A stretch of 64,000 bases of DNA from Octopus vulgaris. Its lineage: Eukaryota. Made by a program: the position numbers and the translations under genes. The notes under the pieces were generated by a model. That model was given only the letters and a program-made list of their open reading frames with translations, was not told where the DNA came from and ran no database searches. Positions 27,997 through 40,281 of this stretch are shown here, piece after piece (the stretch's first letter is position 1; each line of letters opens with the position of its first letter). The DNA lies in NCBI GenBank assembly GCA_951406725.2, contig OX597826.1, positions 65,162,001 to 65,226,000 on the forward strand. Reading direction: 5' to 3'.

Positions 27997-28339
27997 GTAA
28001 GTAACTATTTGAAATGTTCTTGTACTAATTATTCTTATTGTTCATTCCATATGTGTGAGGGAATAAAGTGAAATGTTATTTTTAAAACTTAAATAATTAC
28101 TTTATCAGAACAGATTTATAATTAGCTGTAAGAGCAATACTTTAGTCTTATAAAACTGCATATTTGTAATCCATACAGAAGTATCGGGACTACAGATGTA
28201 AAAGAAATCAAGTTTCTTTTCTTTTTATTTTTTTTTTTTCTTGATAGAGAAAGAACTTCAAATTTCTAATTAACATCATTTTAATCTTGCTTGAAAATCA
28301 ACATATAGTAAATTGTGTTTTTTTTTTTTTTTTTTCCAG

Positions 28340-28467
28340 TAACAGTCAATCAACCCCAGCCAGTAACACAGCCTATTGATGTTGCAACTCTCTTCCAAAA
28401 ACTTGTCAGTGCGGGTATTATTCCAAATAATGCTGTCAAAAAAGAAAAGGAAGAGCCACCTGAAAAG
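28340..28467 (+). CDS. PCF11: PCF11 coding exon 8
   Basis: Poly-T tract CCAG|; PIDVATLFQKLVSAGII resembles vertebrate VNELFSKLLKTGIL; ends AAG|GTTTAT. Confidence 0.9.
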
Positions 28468-28567
28468 GTTTATATGCTAATTCATTTAGTTATGTTGTTT
28501 GTTTGTTTGAATCTGCTTGTTACTTGCATTCTATCTTATTTTTTTCTTTGTTTTTTTCTTTTTCTAG

Positions 28568-28632
28568 GAAAAAGAACCAGAACCTGAAGTTGTTCCAGAT
28601 TTAACTGATTTCAAAACTGCTGAATTAAAAAT
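28568..28632 (+). CDS. PCF11: PCF11 coding exon 9
   Basis: TTTCTAG| EKEPEPEVVPDLTDFKTAELK |GTAAGT, phase 2; VPDLT.F...ELK is conserved in vertebrate PCF11. Confidence 0.9.
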
Positions 28633-28963
28633 GTAAGTATGATTTTCTTTTTCATGTAGCATATAAAAGTTGCAATGGTTGTAAAAATCAAGTGTTTTGT
28701 CTCTTTACTTTTGAAACATAGTTTTCCCTCACTCTTTGCTCCACATTATTTTTCATTGCTGTTGCTATTATATTGTTAGTGGATTTCTTCAAATCGAAAT
28801 ACTACTAAAGAGTACTTTTTTTTCCTCATCACTCCCTACCCCTCACACACACACACACCACCACAACTAAGGTGCATTCAAAGAAGTATTTTAATACTTG
28901 GCTTAATTTTTGTTACATAGGTTTATTCACTTTAAAAAAATTTTTAATCTTTTTAATTTCAAG

Positions 28964-29086
28964 CTGGCTTCACTGGAAATATCTCTACTCCTGCCATATC
29001 GTCTATTCCAGTTACTCAAACTGCTCTTGCAACAGCCACTACTGTTGCTAACATTGTACTTGCTCCACCTCTCACAGTAAATGCTC
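28964..29086 (+). pseudogene. Partial duplicate of PCF11 exon 7 in intron 9
   Basis: Aligns to 27805-27924 with 6 substitutions and a 3-nt insertion; preceded by T-rich tract and AAG. Confidence 0.9.
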
Positions 29087-29898
29087 TTCTGTTAATAGTT
29101 TGGCAAATAGGTTATTTTTCCTCTTACAAATTACTGAGAAGATGGAAGTACCCACTATTCCCTTAACTTTCAGTAAAATTATTCCTTGAATATAATCTGT
29201 TGACAGAGATAGATTCAAATTTCAGGTGGCACCTAATACTTATTTATTGTAAAAATAGATGGATCATAAATATGCACACAAATGAAATACAGGCAAAATA
29301 TTAAATCAGAATTGGAAGTGTCTTTCTGAAACAATGCTGCTTTTGGTACAAGAATTCTCATAAATCTTCTAGTGTATTTTTATGGGTAGATGGGATTTAG
29401 GATTCCGTTAAGAAAGGAATGTTTAATTTCTAGAATTTAAATAAAATTTACATGAAACATAATAAACCAATGTGGGAACCTTACTGTAATCACTCGACCT
29501 GCTAGAAGTAGCAACCTAATTTTCTCAAATCACTTTCTGCCATCTTTAGAGAAATATATTAGCGAGTGTTGTCCTGGATATGTGCAAAGATGGGTTAGTG
29601 ATAAAAGCTCGGCCTGCTCAACCAGAGTTGCTCTTAAGTTAAACAATAGCAACATTAAGCACAAAGTTCAATTATCAGTTCTTGCATGAAGGCATAGTGC
29701 AAGGATTAGAATTACTGCCAATAATATAAAGACTTTCATTACCTTGACTTCTACAATATTAATTAAATCCTTCTGAATATATTTTTAAATTTACAAACAG
29801 CAACTAACACCAGTATATAATTAATTGATATTGGTTTGTAAAAATTTGAATTTAGATTTTTCATTTTACATTTATTTTTTTCTTTCTGCCTATTGTAG

Positions 29899-30082
29899 AA
29901 AATATGTACAGTTTATTAATGAGATATATGATGGCATCCAGTGTTCTTCATGTGGTATACGGTTCACCGTTGATGATACAGAGAAATATCGAGAACATCT
30001 TGACTGGCATTTTCGGCAAAACAAAAAAGAAAAAGATGATTATAAAGTTGCTAAATACAGGAAATGGTATTATGAGATTAAT
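29899..30082 (+). CDS. PCF11: PCF11 coding exon 10 (C2H2 zinc finger, start of Clp1-binding segment)
   Basis: GIQCSSCGIRF...YREHLDWHFRQN...RKWYY; TGTAG| and |GTAAGT. Confidence 0.96.
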
Positions 30083-30691
30083 GTAAGTATTTCTGCAGTT
30101 GTTTTAGTGTCAATCCAACAACTAGTTAATATTTGTTTGTTTATTCCATAGAACTTATTTGTGGAACTTCGGGAGTAGTTTGAAGGCTGAATGTCAATTT
30201 TTCCCCAACAATTTCACTAGTGCCAGTGTCACAAGGTTTGTTGGATCCTGTCAAACTGTCCAACCCCTGCCAGCATCAAAAGTAGATGATGATGGTAAAG
30301 TGCTGTCACCGCTAAGCATATGATTTGACTGAAATACAGGAGTTGTCTATTCTGTAGGAAAAATTGTTTCCTTTCTGTTAGTTTTATATTGTTTATGATA
30401 AATGTCTTGTATGGTAATAGAATTCTGTGTTTTCATGATTTGTTTTTTTAGAGACTGCTACCAGTTTATCAGATCTATTTTGAAAAGGTATTGCCATTGC
30501 ATGATGTGTCTGCTTGGTGCTGGTTGCTTTAGTTAATAGGATGAAATTAAATGATTTAAATTAAATAGGCCTAAGAAGAACCATTTCATGTATGGATGAA
30601 AAATAGATGATTACTCCTCAGTGGTAAAATTTTTTTTTACATTTTCCCATAAATCAAGCCTAACAAGTGATTTTTATTCCTTTCTCTTCAG

Positions 30692-30734
30692 GAATGGATC
30701 CAGTATGAAGAAATTCAAGATGATGAAGAGAAAA
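30692..30734 (+). CDS. PCF11: PCF11 coding exon 11 (Clp1-binding segment)
   Basis: CTCTTCAG| EWIQYEEIQDDEEK |GTAAGT, phase 1. Confidence 0.92.
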
Positions 30735-30850
30735 GTAAGTTATATATGTTTTTGTTTTTATTAGTCTTTGTGATAAGACTGTGCTGATAATAAACTGCAT
30801 GCTCATTAAATATCTTTCTTTTATTAATTCTCAACTCTTCAACTTTTTAG

Positions 30851-30966
30851 ATCGCAGCAACTTTTTTGAAAATATGCTGAATTCTGTTCAAGAACCATCA
30901 TTTGTTGGAGCTCAAGGAAATAAGGTTTTGCAATGTCCAGCTGCCACTGGAAATGACACAGATGAT
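30851..30966 (+). CDS. PCF11: PCF11 coding exon 12
   Basis: TTTTTAG| (N)RSNFFE...CPAATGNDTDD |GTTAGT; phases 1 and 0 fit both neighbours. Confidence 0.9.
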
Positions 30967-30998
30967 GTTAGTGGTTTATATTTTTTCAAATTCCATAA

Positions 30999-31214
30999 CC
31001 CTATTGCTACCAACCTGTTTAAGACAGCCCTTGTCCTACAGTACAAACTTGTTTCAAGCAGTCTAATTTTAAATCTTCTATCAAAGTTCTTTGTTAATTT
31101 ATGTTCTAAATACCAGCTTAATAATGACAATTCTATCATTAAATTCTTCATTTATTTTCAAAATTATATAAAACAAATGCAGCATATTTCAGCAGATATA
31201 TAGTAGCAAAAGGG
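30999..31214. mobile_element. piggyBac-type (TTAA) MITE in PCF11 intron 12
   Basis: ATAA-CCCTATTGCTAC ... GTAGCAAAAGGG-TTAA. Confidence 0.7.
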
Positions 31215-31320
31215 TTAAGATATATTTACTATTGTCTTCAAAATTTGTTTTGTTTTATATTTTTGGTTTCAAATATATTGTAATACATTGCTTTTTTTTT
31301 TCCTCCATCTTTTCTGATAG

Positions 31321-31413
31321 GTCTGTGATATTTGTAGTGATCCTTTTGAACAGTTTTGGAATGAAGATGAAGAAGAATGGCATTTAAGAAATGCTATACG
31401 TGTGGAGGGAAAG
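31321..31413 (+). CDS. PCF11: PCF11 coding exon 13 (second zinc finger, C2HC)
   Basis: GATAG| VCDICSDPFEQFWNEDEEEWHLRNAIRVEGK |GTGTGT. Confidence 0.95.
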
Positions 31414-31746
31414 GTGTGTTAAATTATTATTTCAAAATGGTACCCTCTGTTAATAGTTTGGCAAATAGGTTATTTATTTTGATGCAAGTGTATAATTTGA
31501 ATGATATTCCAAATACTAATGATTTAATGATGAAATTTGAATGTTACATATTTCCAGTTGTTAGTTGTAGACTATTAACATCAAGATTTCACCTACCATT
31601 TTGATTGCTTTCCTGTGTAATTTTAAATTTATCCAATATCATTTTGTTACAAAATACATTAACTTATTGTCAAGTGGGCCCATTTAAAACGGACCTGTTA
31701 TATTTGCTTTTTTAATTGTCACAATTACTTTTTATCTATTTAACAG

Positions 31747-31782
31747 ACTTACCATCCTGTTTGCTATGAAGATGTAAAAGAG
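31747..31782 (+). CDS. PCF11: PCF11 coding exon 14 (YHP.C, end of second zinc finger)
   Basis: TTTAACAG| TYHPVCYEDVKE |GTAATT. Confidence 0.93.
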
Positions 31783-32211
31783 GTAATTTTCTGGATTTTC
31801 TTTTTAACTTCTTTGATTATATTAATGGATTAGGTTTCTGATTGATTTCTGAGATGTGTAGTTTTTGTCAAGTTTGACTTAATAAACAGTATCGGTGATT
31901 ATTGTTTCATTGGTTTAAAGACCTATATGTTATAATTGTTTTGTTTATGTTTGTAGTACAATTGGTGAAAAAGTTACTGATCCTAAGTAGTAGTCACTCT
32001 GCATTTGAAGGTACAAGAAATATCCAGCTGCCTCACTCACACTGGACAGAAATTAATTTCAAATTGTTTCAGTCAATGTTAAAGAGTCTCTCTGTTCTGT
32101 ATCTTAATTTCATAGTGGAGCTCTTTCATAGATACAAAATTACATTTAAATCTGCATTTAATACTTGTAAAAGACCAATGCATTTTTAACTTTTAAAATG
32201 ATTTTTATTTA

Positions 32212-32422
32212 AATAATAATAATAATTGTGTACAGTGCTCAGGTGCACTACAACTCATCTAAAGTGTATATATAATCAGGTGTAGTTTCGGCGGATTTCG
32301 GAAAGCATGAGGGCCTTAAAGGATGCAGTGTCGTGGCAGTCAACAACTGACGCAGGCAGTTTATTCCATGCTTCAGCAACTCTGAGCGTGAAAAAATGTT
32401 TCCGAAAGTCATGGGAGCTGTG
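32212..32422 (-). mobile_element. CR1-like LINE 3' end in PCF11 intron 14
   Basis: Minus strand reads HSSHDFRKHFFTLRVAEAWNKLPASVV, then a (TTA)n tail. Confidence 0.75.
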
Positions 32423-32643
32423 TTAAGTTCAACTATAATAAGAATAGTATTTCTAACATATGTAACATGTTTTCTTTTCAAATTTTTTTTACTTGTTTGC
32501 TGTAGTGAAGATCATAGTGTCATCTAAATAGAATAAATAGTGTGATTTTAAGGTTTCTTCAAAACAGCTGTGTAATGTGGAATGTTAAATTTGTTTTTAT
32601 TTATCTAGAAGTATTGTACATTAAAATATTGACTGTTTTTCAG

Positions 32644-32979
32644 AATATTGAACAAACATCAGCAGATGTCTCTTTAGATACACCAGAAAAAAATCCTCTT
32701 GAAGAACAACTTTCCAGCTCTGCACCAAAAACCGATGTTGCTACAGCTGAAAGTACAACAAGTGAATCACCATCATCCACTACAGTAACTGCTGCGACTA
32801 CTTCAGTAAAAACTGAAGATTCAAGTGAAATTTCTGCAGAATCAACGACAGCTTTAGTAGAAGTAACAACAGCTGTGGTATCTAGTACTAATACAGCTAC
32901 CACATTGGATTCTAACATCACAGCTCAACCTATCACCACAATTGTTAGTTCTTCTGGGTTAAAACAATCCAGTCTGTAA
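32644..32979 (+). CDS. PCF11: PCF11 last coding exon (S/T-rich low-complexity tail, TAA)
   Basis: TGTTTTTCAG| in frame with ORF 32542-32979; phase 0 matches exon 14. Confidence 0.85.
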   Translation, partial: NIEQTSADVSLDTPEKNPLEEQLSSSAPKTDVATAESTTSESPSSTTVTAATTSVKTEDSSEISAESTTALVEVTTAVVSSTNTATTLDSNITAQPITTIVSSSGLKQSSL

Positions 32980-33401
32980 GAACGGTTTCCTTTAGTGACA
33001 TAAGAACATTTCTGATGCCTACACCATTATTTCTCTGCTGGCAAGAAATACCTTCATAAAAATGATGCGCATCAGTGCTATTTAATTCATCTCTCAAGGA
33101 CAATGCTGTTCGTTAACTACTGTTTAAAAACCATATATCCCATTTGAAGTCATCTTTTTTCTTCATCTTCCCTCTTTCTCTTCTGAAGCATTCACAATGT
33201 CTGCCTGAAGTATACCTTTAGAGTAAGAGGTGAGAAAATTGTATGGTTGTTAAGTGTTTACTTCTGTTTTCTGGCCAATGTATAAATATGAGTTGCTTAT
33301 TTATGTCAAGGCCAATGTGATACACGTTACTGTGATGAATATTCCAAGGAAAGGGCTGTGATACATATTTCTTCCATGGCAGCAGTGTAAACGGGTAAAT
33401 T

Positions 33402-33407
33402 AATAAA
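33402..33407 (+). terminator. Candidate PCF11 poly(A) signal
   Basis: First AATAAA I found after the stop codon; TGTA upstream and GT/T-rich GTTTGTTTGTTT about 25 nt downstream. Confidence 0.5.
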
Positions 33408-33687
33408 ACCAATTATGAAAGAAAAGGAACTCGTTTGTTTGTTTATACCAGTTTTTCTTAAACCATGGTGTTATTACATAAGCATGCATACACACACACA
33501 CACATGTATATGTCTATGAAAGAGTAATGTGAAATAAGGATACAGAATATGCAGCTACAACAGTAAGCTCTCCACTTGGAATTGGCTACCAGTTTAAAGG
33601 TGTGTATAAATCACATGCATACATAAACCCTAATCTCAACAATATGAAGTGTAATTTGGTTAATTGACTGTGTTTTCTGTTATGTAC

Positions 33688-33893
33688 TAGAGGGTGCTGA
33701 AAAGTTCCTAGTTTAGGGTAAAAATAAATACAGGAAGGTCAGTTAATTATGATTTTATTAATATTTTCCTCTCAGATTCACATGTAGTTGTTTGTGGGCC
33801 TTCAGTTTTTCTAAGCCCTGTAAAAGGACTAAAAAAGGTTGGGTCTATAACCAAGCCTTTCGCAGTATCCTTACAGCCAGGAACTTTCAGTGC
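33688..33893. mobile_element. Tc1/mariner-like MITE remnant
   Basis: GCTGAAAAGTTCCT ... AGGAACTTTCAG imperfect TIRs. Confidence 0.55.
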
Positions 33894-34484
33894 TGTTAAG
33901 GGTTGACAATGCTTTAGAGAACAGAAATAGGTTTTCATAGGTACCCATGCTTATATAAATATATTTGAGTGGATTTGGTAGACAGGAACTGAAAGAAGCC
34001 TGTCAAGTGTGTGTGTCCTTGTTTTTGACATCACACGATAGTCAAAAGCAAGCGTTGCTTGTAGGTTACAAAACAGATGTGTTGTGCATCTATTACCATC
34101 AGTAACTCTAGAACAGCATGTTCTTCAGAGACAATCATAATATAGAGCAGTCTCAAGATACCAACAATCAAATTAACATAATGAATTTCAGTCAAGTTAG
34201 GCTTCAAGATTATTGTTAGAACTTTTGTCTGGCAGCAAATGTATTCATTGGTTTGTAAATTGGGAATGTTATACAGCATACTGAAGTAACTTGGACATCC
34301 ACATAAACATATATATATATAATTGAAAATTGCTTTAGTATTGGAGGGAACTGCAAGATACTCTATATATAAAGTGGAGAGTAAATTTAACTATGTGACT
34401 CATACAAGGCTAGTATTCCTTGGGAATGCCTCAATATATTCATTTAACCTATGCTAGCTTTAAAAATTAAGCATCAGTTGTTAA

Positions 34485-34830
34485 CAGGTGCAGGAGTTGC
34501 CTGGTGGTAAGTAGCTTGCTTACCAACCACATGGTTCCGGGTTCATTCCCACTGCATGGCACCTTGGGCAAGTGTCTTCTACTATGTGAGTGGATTTGGT
34601 AGACAGAAACTGAAAGAAGCCTGTCATATATATGTATGTGTGTGTTTGTGCCCCCAACATTGCTTGACAACCGATGCTGGTGTATTTACATCTCCATAAC
34701 TTAGCGGTTCAGCAAAAGAGACCGATAGAATAAGTACTAGGTTTCCAAAGAATAAGTTCTGGGGTTGATTTGCTCAACTAAAGGTGGTGCTCTAGCATGG
34801 CTGCAGTCAAATGACAGACAGGTAAAAGAG
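34485..34830 (+). mobile_element. tRNA-derived SINE (main family), full length
   Basis: A-box-like TGGTGGTAAG, B-box-like GGTTCATTCC, family core, AAAAGAG tail. Confidence 0.8.
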
Positions 34831-36096
34831 AAATATAATTGAACCAACCAGACATGGTTAAGAAGTTTGCTTTGCATCCACATGGTTTCAGGTTCAGCCC
34901 CACAGCATGGCAAGTCATCAATAGCTCCAGGTCAGCCAAATGCCTTGAGTGAATTTGGTATATAGAAACTGAAAAGCTCATATGTCTCTGCATTTGTTCT
35001 CCACATCAGATAACAACTGTAACTCTGGTTTAGCAAATGACATTTCCGTCTTCCTTTTAGACCAGGTATCTCTGAAACTACACAAACTATATGAAACAAC
35101 CACATTTTTTTTTTCACCAACTATTAAATTCAACCTCTTCTTGTGATGAATTTAACTACTACCTTCAGCTCATATGTAGTAACTCTATTAGCGCAGCAAA
35201 GTCTAAAATTGTCTACTAATCCCGTATAATGAAGTTAATAATCTCCCTTACAATAAATTGGAGTTTAATGACAATAACAGATTGATATAAAGCCACAAAT
35301 GTCAAATCTAACTTAACACTATTATTATAAAAATGTAAATATCTTAATAACCTTGCATTTTCTTTAAAACGTATATATATGTATGTGTGTGAATACATAT
35401 GTATATAATACCTCAATTTCAAATTCAAAATTTTAATCCTCCCAAATTACAAAAAAATGATTATTTCCCTTGTAAAACTGTCCACTAGGGGGAGACACTT
35501 GTATGTGTGCACACACATATTTAGACAGACAAATATGGTTAAACCACTCTCTAACAGTATAGGTTTTGTTAGGAGGAAGCTCAAGAAAAAAATCACCATA
35601 TGGTATCAGTAAGGATGAAATGCTGGGTATACTACTCTGCTTTCAAACAATCACAGCTGAGACAACAGCTTGAACCTGCTTTTGCCGGTGAGAAATGGTT
35701 ACATCTCCAAGTCTAAATGGGACATCCCTAACTTGTCAAATGAATGTTTGGTCAGTGGTAGTTAAATAACTAAGAAAATAGTCATGACCGTTAGCAATTG
35801 AGTAGTTTACATGATAAAATGATGTATCTACATACAAACTATAAATAGATACTATCATTTTACTTACACTTTTCCATGCTGGTGTGAGTTGGACAAGTCC
35901 CATAAGCCCAAGAGCTTATTTGGAGTTACTACGCTTCTTGATTGGTTGGGAAACATGTCTTGTTCACACATCCCATTTTTTTGGCATGGTCTCTATGGTT
36001 GAATGTTTTTCCTATCACCAAACACCTTGCAGAGTGTACTGGATGCATTTTATTTTGACACTAGCTCTAGAACTGTTGTGTCCTGAGAAGCCTTAA

Positions 36097-36302
36097 CCCT
36101 GTAGTATTCATATTACTCTGTCAAATGTATTTAATCACATTATTTGGAATGAATCATGCATTATCCCGTAGCTTTGAGATTTCAATGATGTGATTGTTAG
36201 AATGACATTGTAGAGTAGATGTGATATGCCAGATCTGGCCACTTTGAACATAAGGCAGATAGAATATTTGGGTTGGAAATGGCTAGTTTGAATGATAAAG
36301 GG
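36097..36302. mobile_element. piggyBac-type (TTAA) MITE
   Basis: TTAA-CCCTGTAGTATTCA ... TGAATGATAAAGGG-TTAA; same-family ends at ~39280 and ~41540. Confidence 0.75.
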
Positions 36303-37124
36303 TTAAAGAGTTCTGAATACTGTCTCCATTCATTCTCTGACACAAGAGATGTCTCACCCTTCAGAAGACAGACAATACCTTCTTCCCTGCATTTCTCTGC
36401 TTGTTATTTTCTTTCTCATACAACTAGATGTGTGATGGGGTCTATAATTAAGTTACAGAATTTTTTCATCCAACATTGGTCTTCATTGTTACTGCCCATA
36501 GAGCAACATATTAATCCTGATGACATGGGCCAGGACAATTATCCTGTGGTTCACAATGGCAGTACAGTCTGTCTTGTATATGGTTTGCCAGTCTATAGGG
36601 ATAGGCTGGCATAATAGAGTTTTGTAGAGATAGTGAATAGAGACTATGCAGGGTCAAGAAGACATTTTAGTCTTGTTGAGTTGATGATAATCTCTAGTGC
36701 AGGTGCCATGATAAACTACATCCAGTACATTATGATTGGTGTTAAGAAGGGAACCCAGCTAACCATAGGAGTCATGTCACAATTGGACATACAAGCAAGA
36801 CGTGGTTGGTTCTCAAACCCATCTAGGAGGGCAGTAACTTCAGTAATGGGAAACCTTGTTAAGTTTCAAACCACTAATCTTTCCCTTCACTCATGGTAGT
36901 TTTTAGCACATTTATTTCATTGTTCTACACATCAATACATTTTATCTATGCTGAAGAGAGGGGACCTGGTTGTATGTGACCTCTTTGATCTGTGTCATTA
37001 TTTCATCACCTTAGCTTCATCATATAAGCTAGCATAGAATGAAGGCTTTTCAGCTGATAATCTAGATTTCTAATCAATACATTGTTTGTTCTTTTAATCC
37101 TGTGTCCAGACAATCCAGAGTTAT

Positions 37125-37510
37125 AATAATAATAATAATAATAATAAATAATGAAATTATTGTATACAGTGCTCAGGTGCACCACAATTTGTCAAAAGTG
37201 CATATAAAGTAAATGCAGTAATGTACAAATGAATGGAAAGTGAACAGTGTATGAGTCAGATGCATGCTTGCATGTGTATGGAGGGGAGAAAATCAGGTGT
37301 AGTGTTGGTGAATCTCAGGAAGCATGGAGGTTTTGAAGGATGCAGTGCTCCGGAAACTAACAACTGATGCTGGTAGTTTGTTCCATGCTTCAGCAACTCT
37401 TAGCGTGAAAAAATGTTTCCGAAAGTCATGGGAGCTGTGCGGTTTTCTGACTTTGTAAACATGTCCACGGGTGTTAGACAGGTGGAGTTTGAAAAGGTGC
37501 TCAGAGTTAT
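37125..37510 (-). mobile_element. CR1-like LINE 3' end, same family as 32212-32422
   Basis: Shared sequence TTCCATGCTTCAGCAACTCT..GCGTGAAAAAATGTTTCCGAAAGTCATGGGAGCTGTG and (TTA)n tail. Confidence 0.75.
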
Positions 37511-38299
37511 TGTTTGTGAGATGGCTAAAGATCTCTTTCTTTAGTATGAACAGACAGGGTTTTCCTTCATTGCCACTACTACTTCAGCATGAAAGCCAAA
37601 CTCTCATTCTAACCAGCAATAGTGACAATTCTTGCTATGTCCAGCTCTCTACCTGGGACACTCACACACATGTAGTCAATTGTTTCTACACACATTTAAA
37701 TAATGCATTTCTACTGCATGCACACACACACACACACACAATAATTCATTCCACAAGCACAAAAATTAACTCAGGACTTAACTTATTTATTGTAAAGATA
37801 TTTTTAACTCCACATCTCTGTTAATATTTTAACTGTACATTTTTCATTCACAAACAAAATCTATATAAAAAAACTCAAACTCAGCTCTGTTCTTTTTATT
37901 AAGCATATCCATTTGCCTACATTGCATTGCCCTCACACTTCAAATAAGAACTGACTGTAACTGTGATTATCTATCCAACCCATGCCAGCACAAAAAACAT
38001 TTAAATTGATAATGATGAAATATTGGTACCCTCTCTAATATTGTATCTAAATAGTATTAAAAACCACTGTGTATAAGGATTGCCTCCATTTAAGTTCATG
38101 TGATCAATGGAGACACAACAGTGTGGTATAGATTTTTATTATAAACAATACATAGGTTAGCAATAAATGACTTCAAAATAAGAACTAGACAGACCTAGAA
38201 ACATAATATAGTCTGGAGAAGGAAGACATGGAAGATGAAAGAACCATCAACCTAATGTAGATTCAGAGATGTTCTAACTAAAACATGCCAGGCTATACT

Positions 38300-38680
38300 C
38301 GTATACTCTTTTACTTGTTTCAGTAATTTGACTGTGGCCATGCTGGAGCACCACCTTTAGTCGAGCAAATCGACCCCAGGACTTATTTTTTGGAAGCCTA
38401 GTACTTATTCTATCGGTCTCTTGCCGAACTGCTAGGTTACGGGGACGTAAACACACCTGCATCGGTTGTCAAGCGATGTTGAGGAGACAAACACAGACAC
38501 ACACACATGCATATATATACATATATACGATGGGCTTCTTTCAGTTTCCATCTACCAGATCCACTCACAGGGCTTTGGTCGGCCCAAGGCTATAGTAGAA
38601 GACACTTGCCCAAGGTGCCATGCAGTGGGACTTAACCCGGAACCACGTGTTTGGCAAGCAAGCTACTTACCACACAGCCT
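38300..38680 (-). mobile_element. tRNA-derived SINE (main family), full length
   Basis: Reverse complement of the 34485 family throughout. Confidence 0.8.
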
Positions 38681-39493
38681 ATGTACAACTTAACTTGTAA
38701 ATGGAGTTGTAAGAGCCCTGTTGTGACACAGCATGTCTTGGCATTTTAGATCTAGGGGACCCCATCCCTCCCCAGGTTTGATTATAGCTGGTTTCTTTCA
38801 GAAGAACAGAAAGAGACAAATCAGCCTTGTTACATGACTGGTACTTTATTCATCGACCCCCAAAAGAATAAAAGGTAAGTTTGAGCTTGGAGAGTTGGAA
38901 AAGCTACTGCCAAGTAATCCATTCAACACTTTATTGATTCTGCCAACAGGCTACCTTGTTGGTACACAAATGAGAATCAAGAAGATAAAGACTTATAACA
39001 TAGAGAACAAGTAGAAGACAATTTGGTACAAACTACTGACCAGATCTGTGGCTAGTAGAAAATTCCAACCAGATGAAAAGTGATACTGTGGTGGAATAGC
39101 ACTTTAAATGGAGTCCTAAAAACTGGAAGGAATGGGACAGCAGAGATCAATACTAAGTAACAAATATGAAAACATAACATTGATATCTTGGATTTACAAA
39201 ATAATGCATGATTAATTCAATACAATGTGAATAAATTAGTCATTACATTTGACGGAGTAATCTGAATACTAAAGGGTTAAAGTTGAAAGCAGCATAATTG
39301 CATGTATAATTATGGATATGAAGGCAGGAAAAATAGAAAATGGGTATCGACTATAGGAAACAGACAGAAAGAAATTTATACATGGCCAGATATGTTTTTC
39401 ACATGAAAATGAACATCGCTTGCATAACGGCGATGTTCATTTACACAAGTGCAAGTTAACAGGGCACACAAACACAAAAAATTATTATATATA

Positions 39494-39532
<39 letters not shown>

Positions 39533-39601
39533 GTTGAATCATAAGAAACTATAAGTCGGGTAAAAGATGCACTCGTATATCTGTCAGAAGAGCAGGTATA
39601 T

Positions 39602-39886
39602 TATCTGAAATGTATAGTATTAAATATCCATCATGGTTGATCTAACCAATTGGTTTCATGTAAAGAATATAATGGAATGTCAGGTAACAAACCGATTATA
39701 TAACTTTATGCTCATCAGAGTTAGCTGACATGGAAAGGAAGCAGTCACCATATTCCCTTTCATATCAGCTCTGATGAGTGTTAAGTTATATAAACAGTTG
39801 GTTACTTAACACTCCATTGTATTCTTTACACAAAACTGATTGGTAAGATCAGCCATGATGGATATTAAATATTATAGATTTCAGAT
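39602..39886. repeat. Degenerate fold-back (two ~130-bp arms), each arm with a hammerhead-like motif
   Basis: TATCTGAAAT...CTCATCAGAG versus CTCTGATGAG...ATTTCAGATA; roughly 80% identity by eye. Confidence 0.8.
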
Positions 39887-40281
39887 ATATATATATATGA
39901 CTAATTTCTTTGAGCTTCTGTCTATCAAATTCACTCACAAGGCTTTGGCCTGGGACTAAAGTGGAAGACACTTGCCAAGGTACCACACAGTGGGATTGAA
40001 TCTGAGACTACATGGTTATGAAGTGAATTTCTTAACCATACAGCCATACTTGTGCCTATAGATATATTTGTGTGTGTGCGTGTATATATATATATATATA
40101 TAATATATAAAATGAGATAGGGGTTGTAAATTCAACCCTCCATGGGATAACATATATCCAATATACTGCTAGAGAAGTACTCAACAAAGCTAATACATAA
40201 ATGCTAAGAATTGCGATGCAATTAATTCATTTACTGTATTAGGTGGGCAAAGGTAAAATTATTCTTACCATAAAGTTAATA

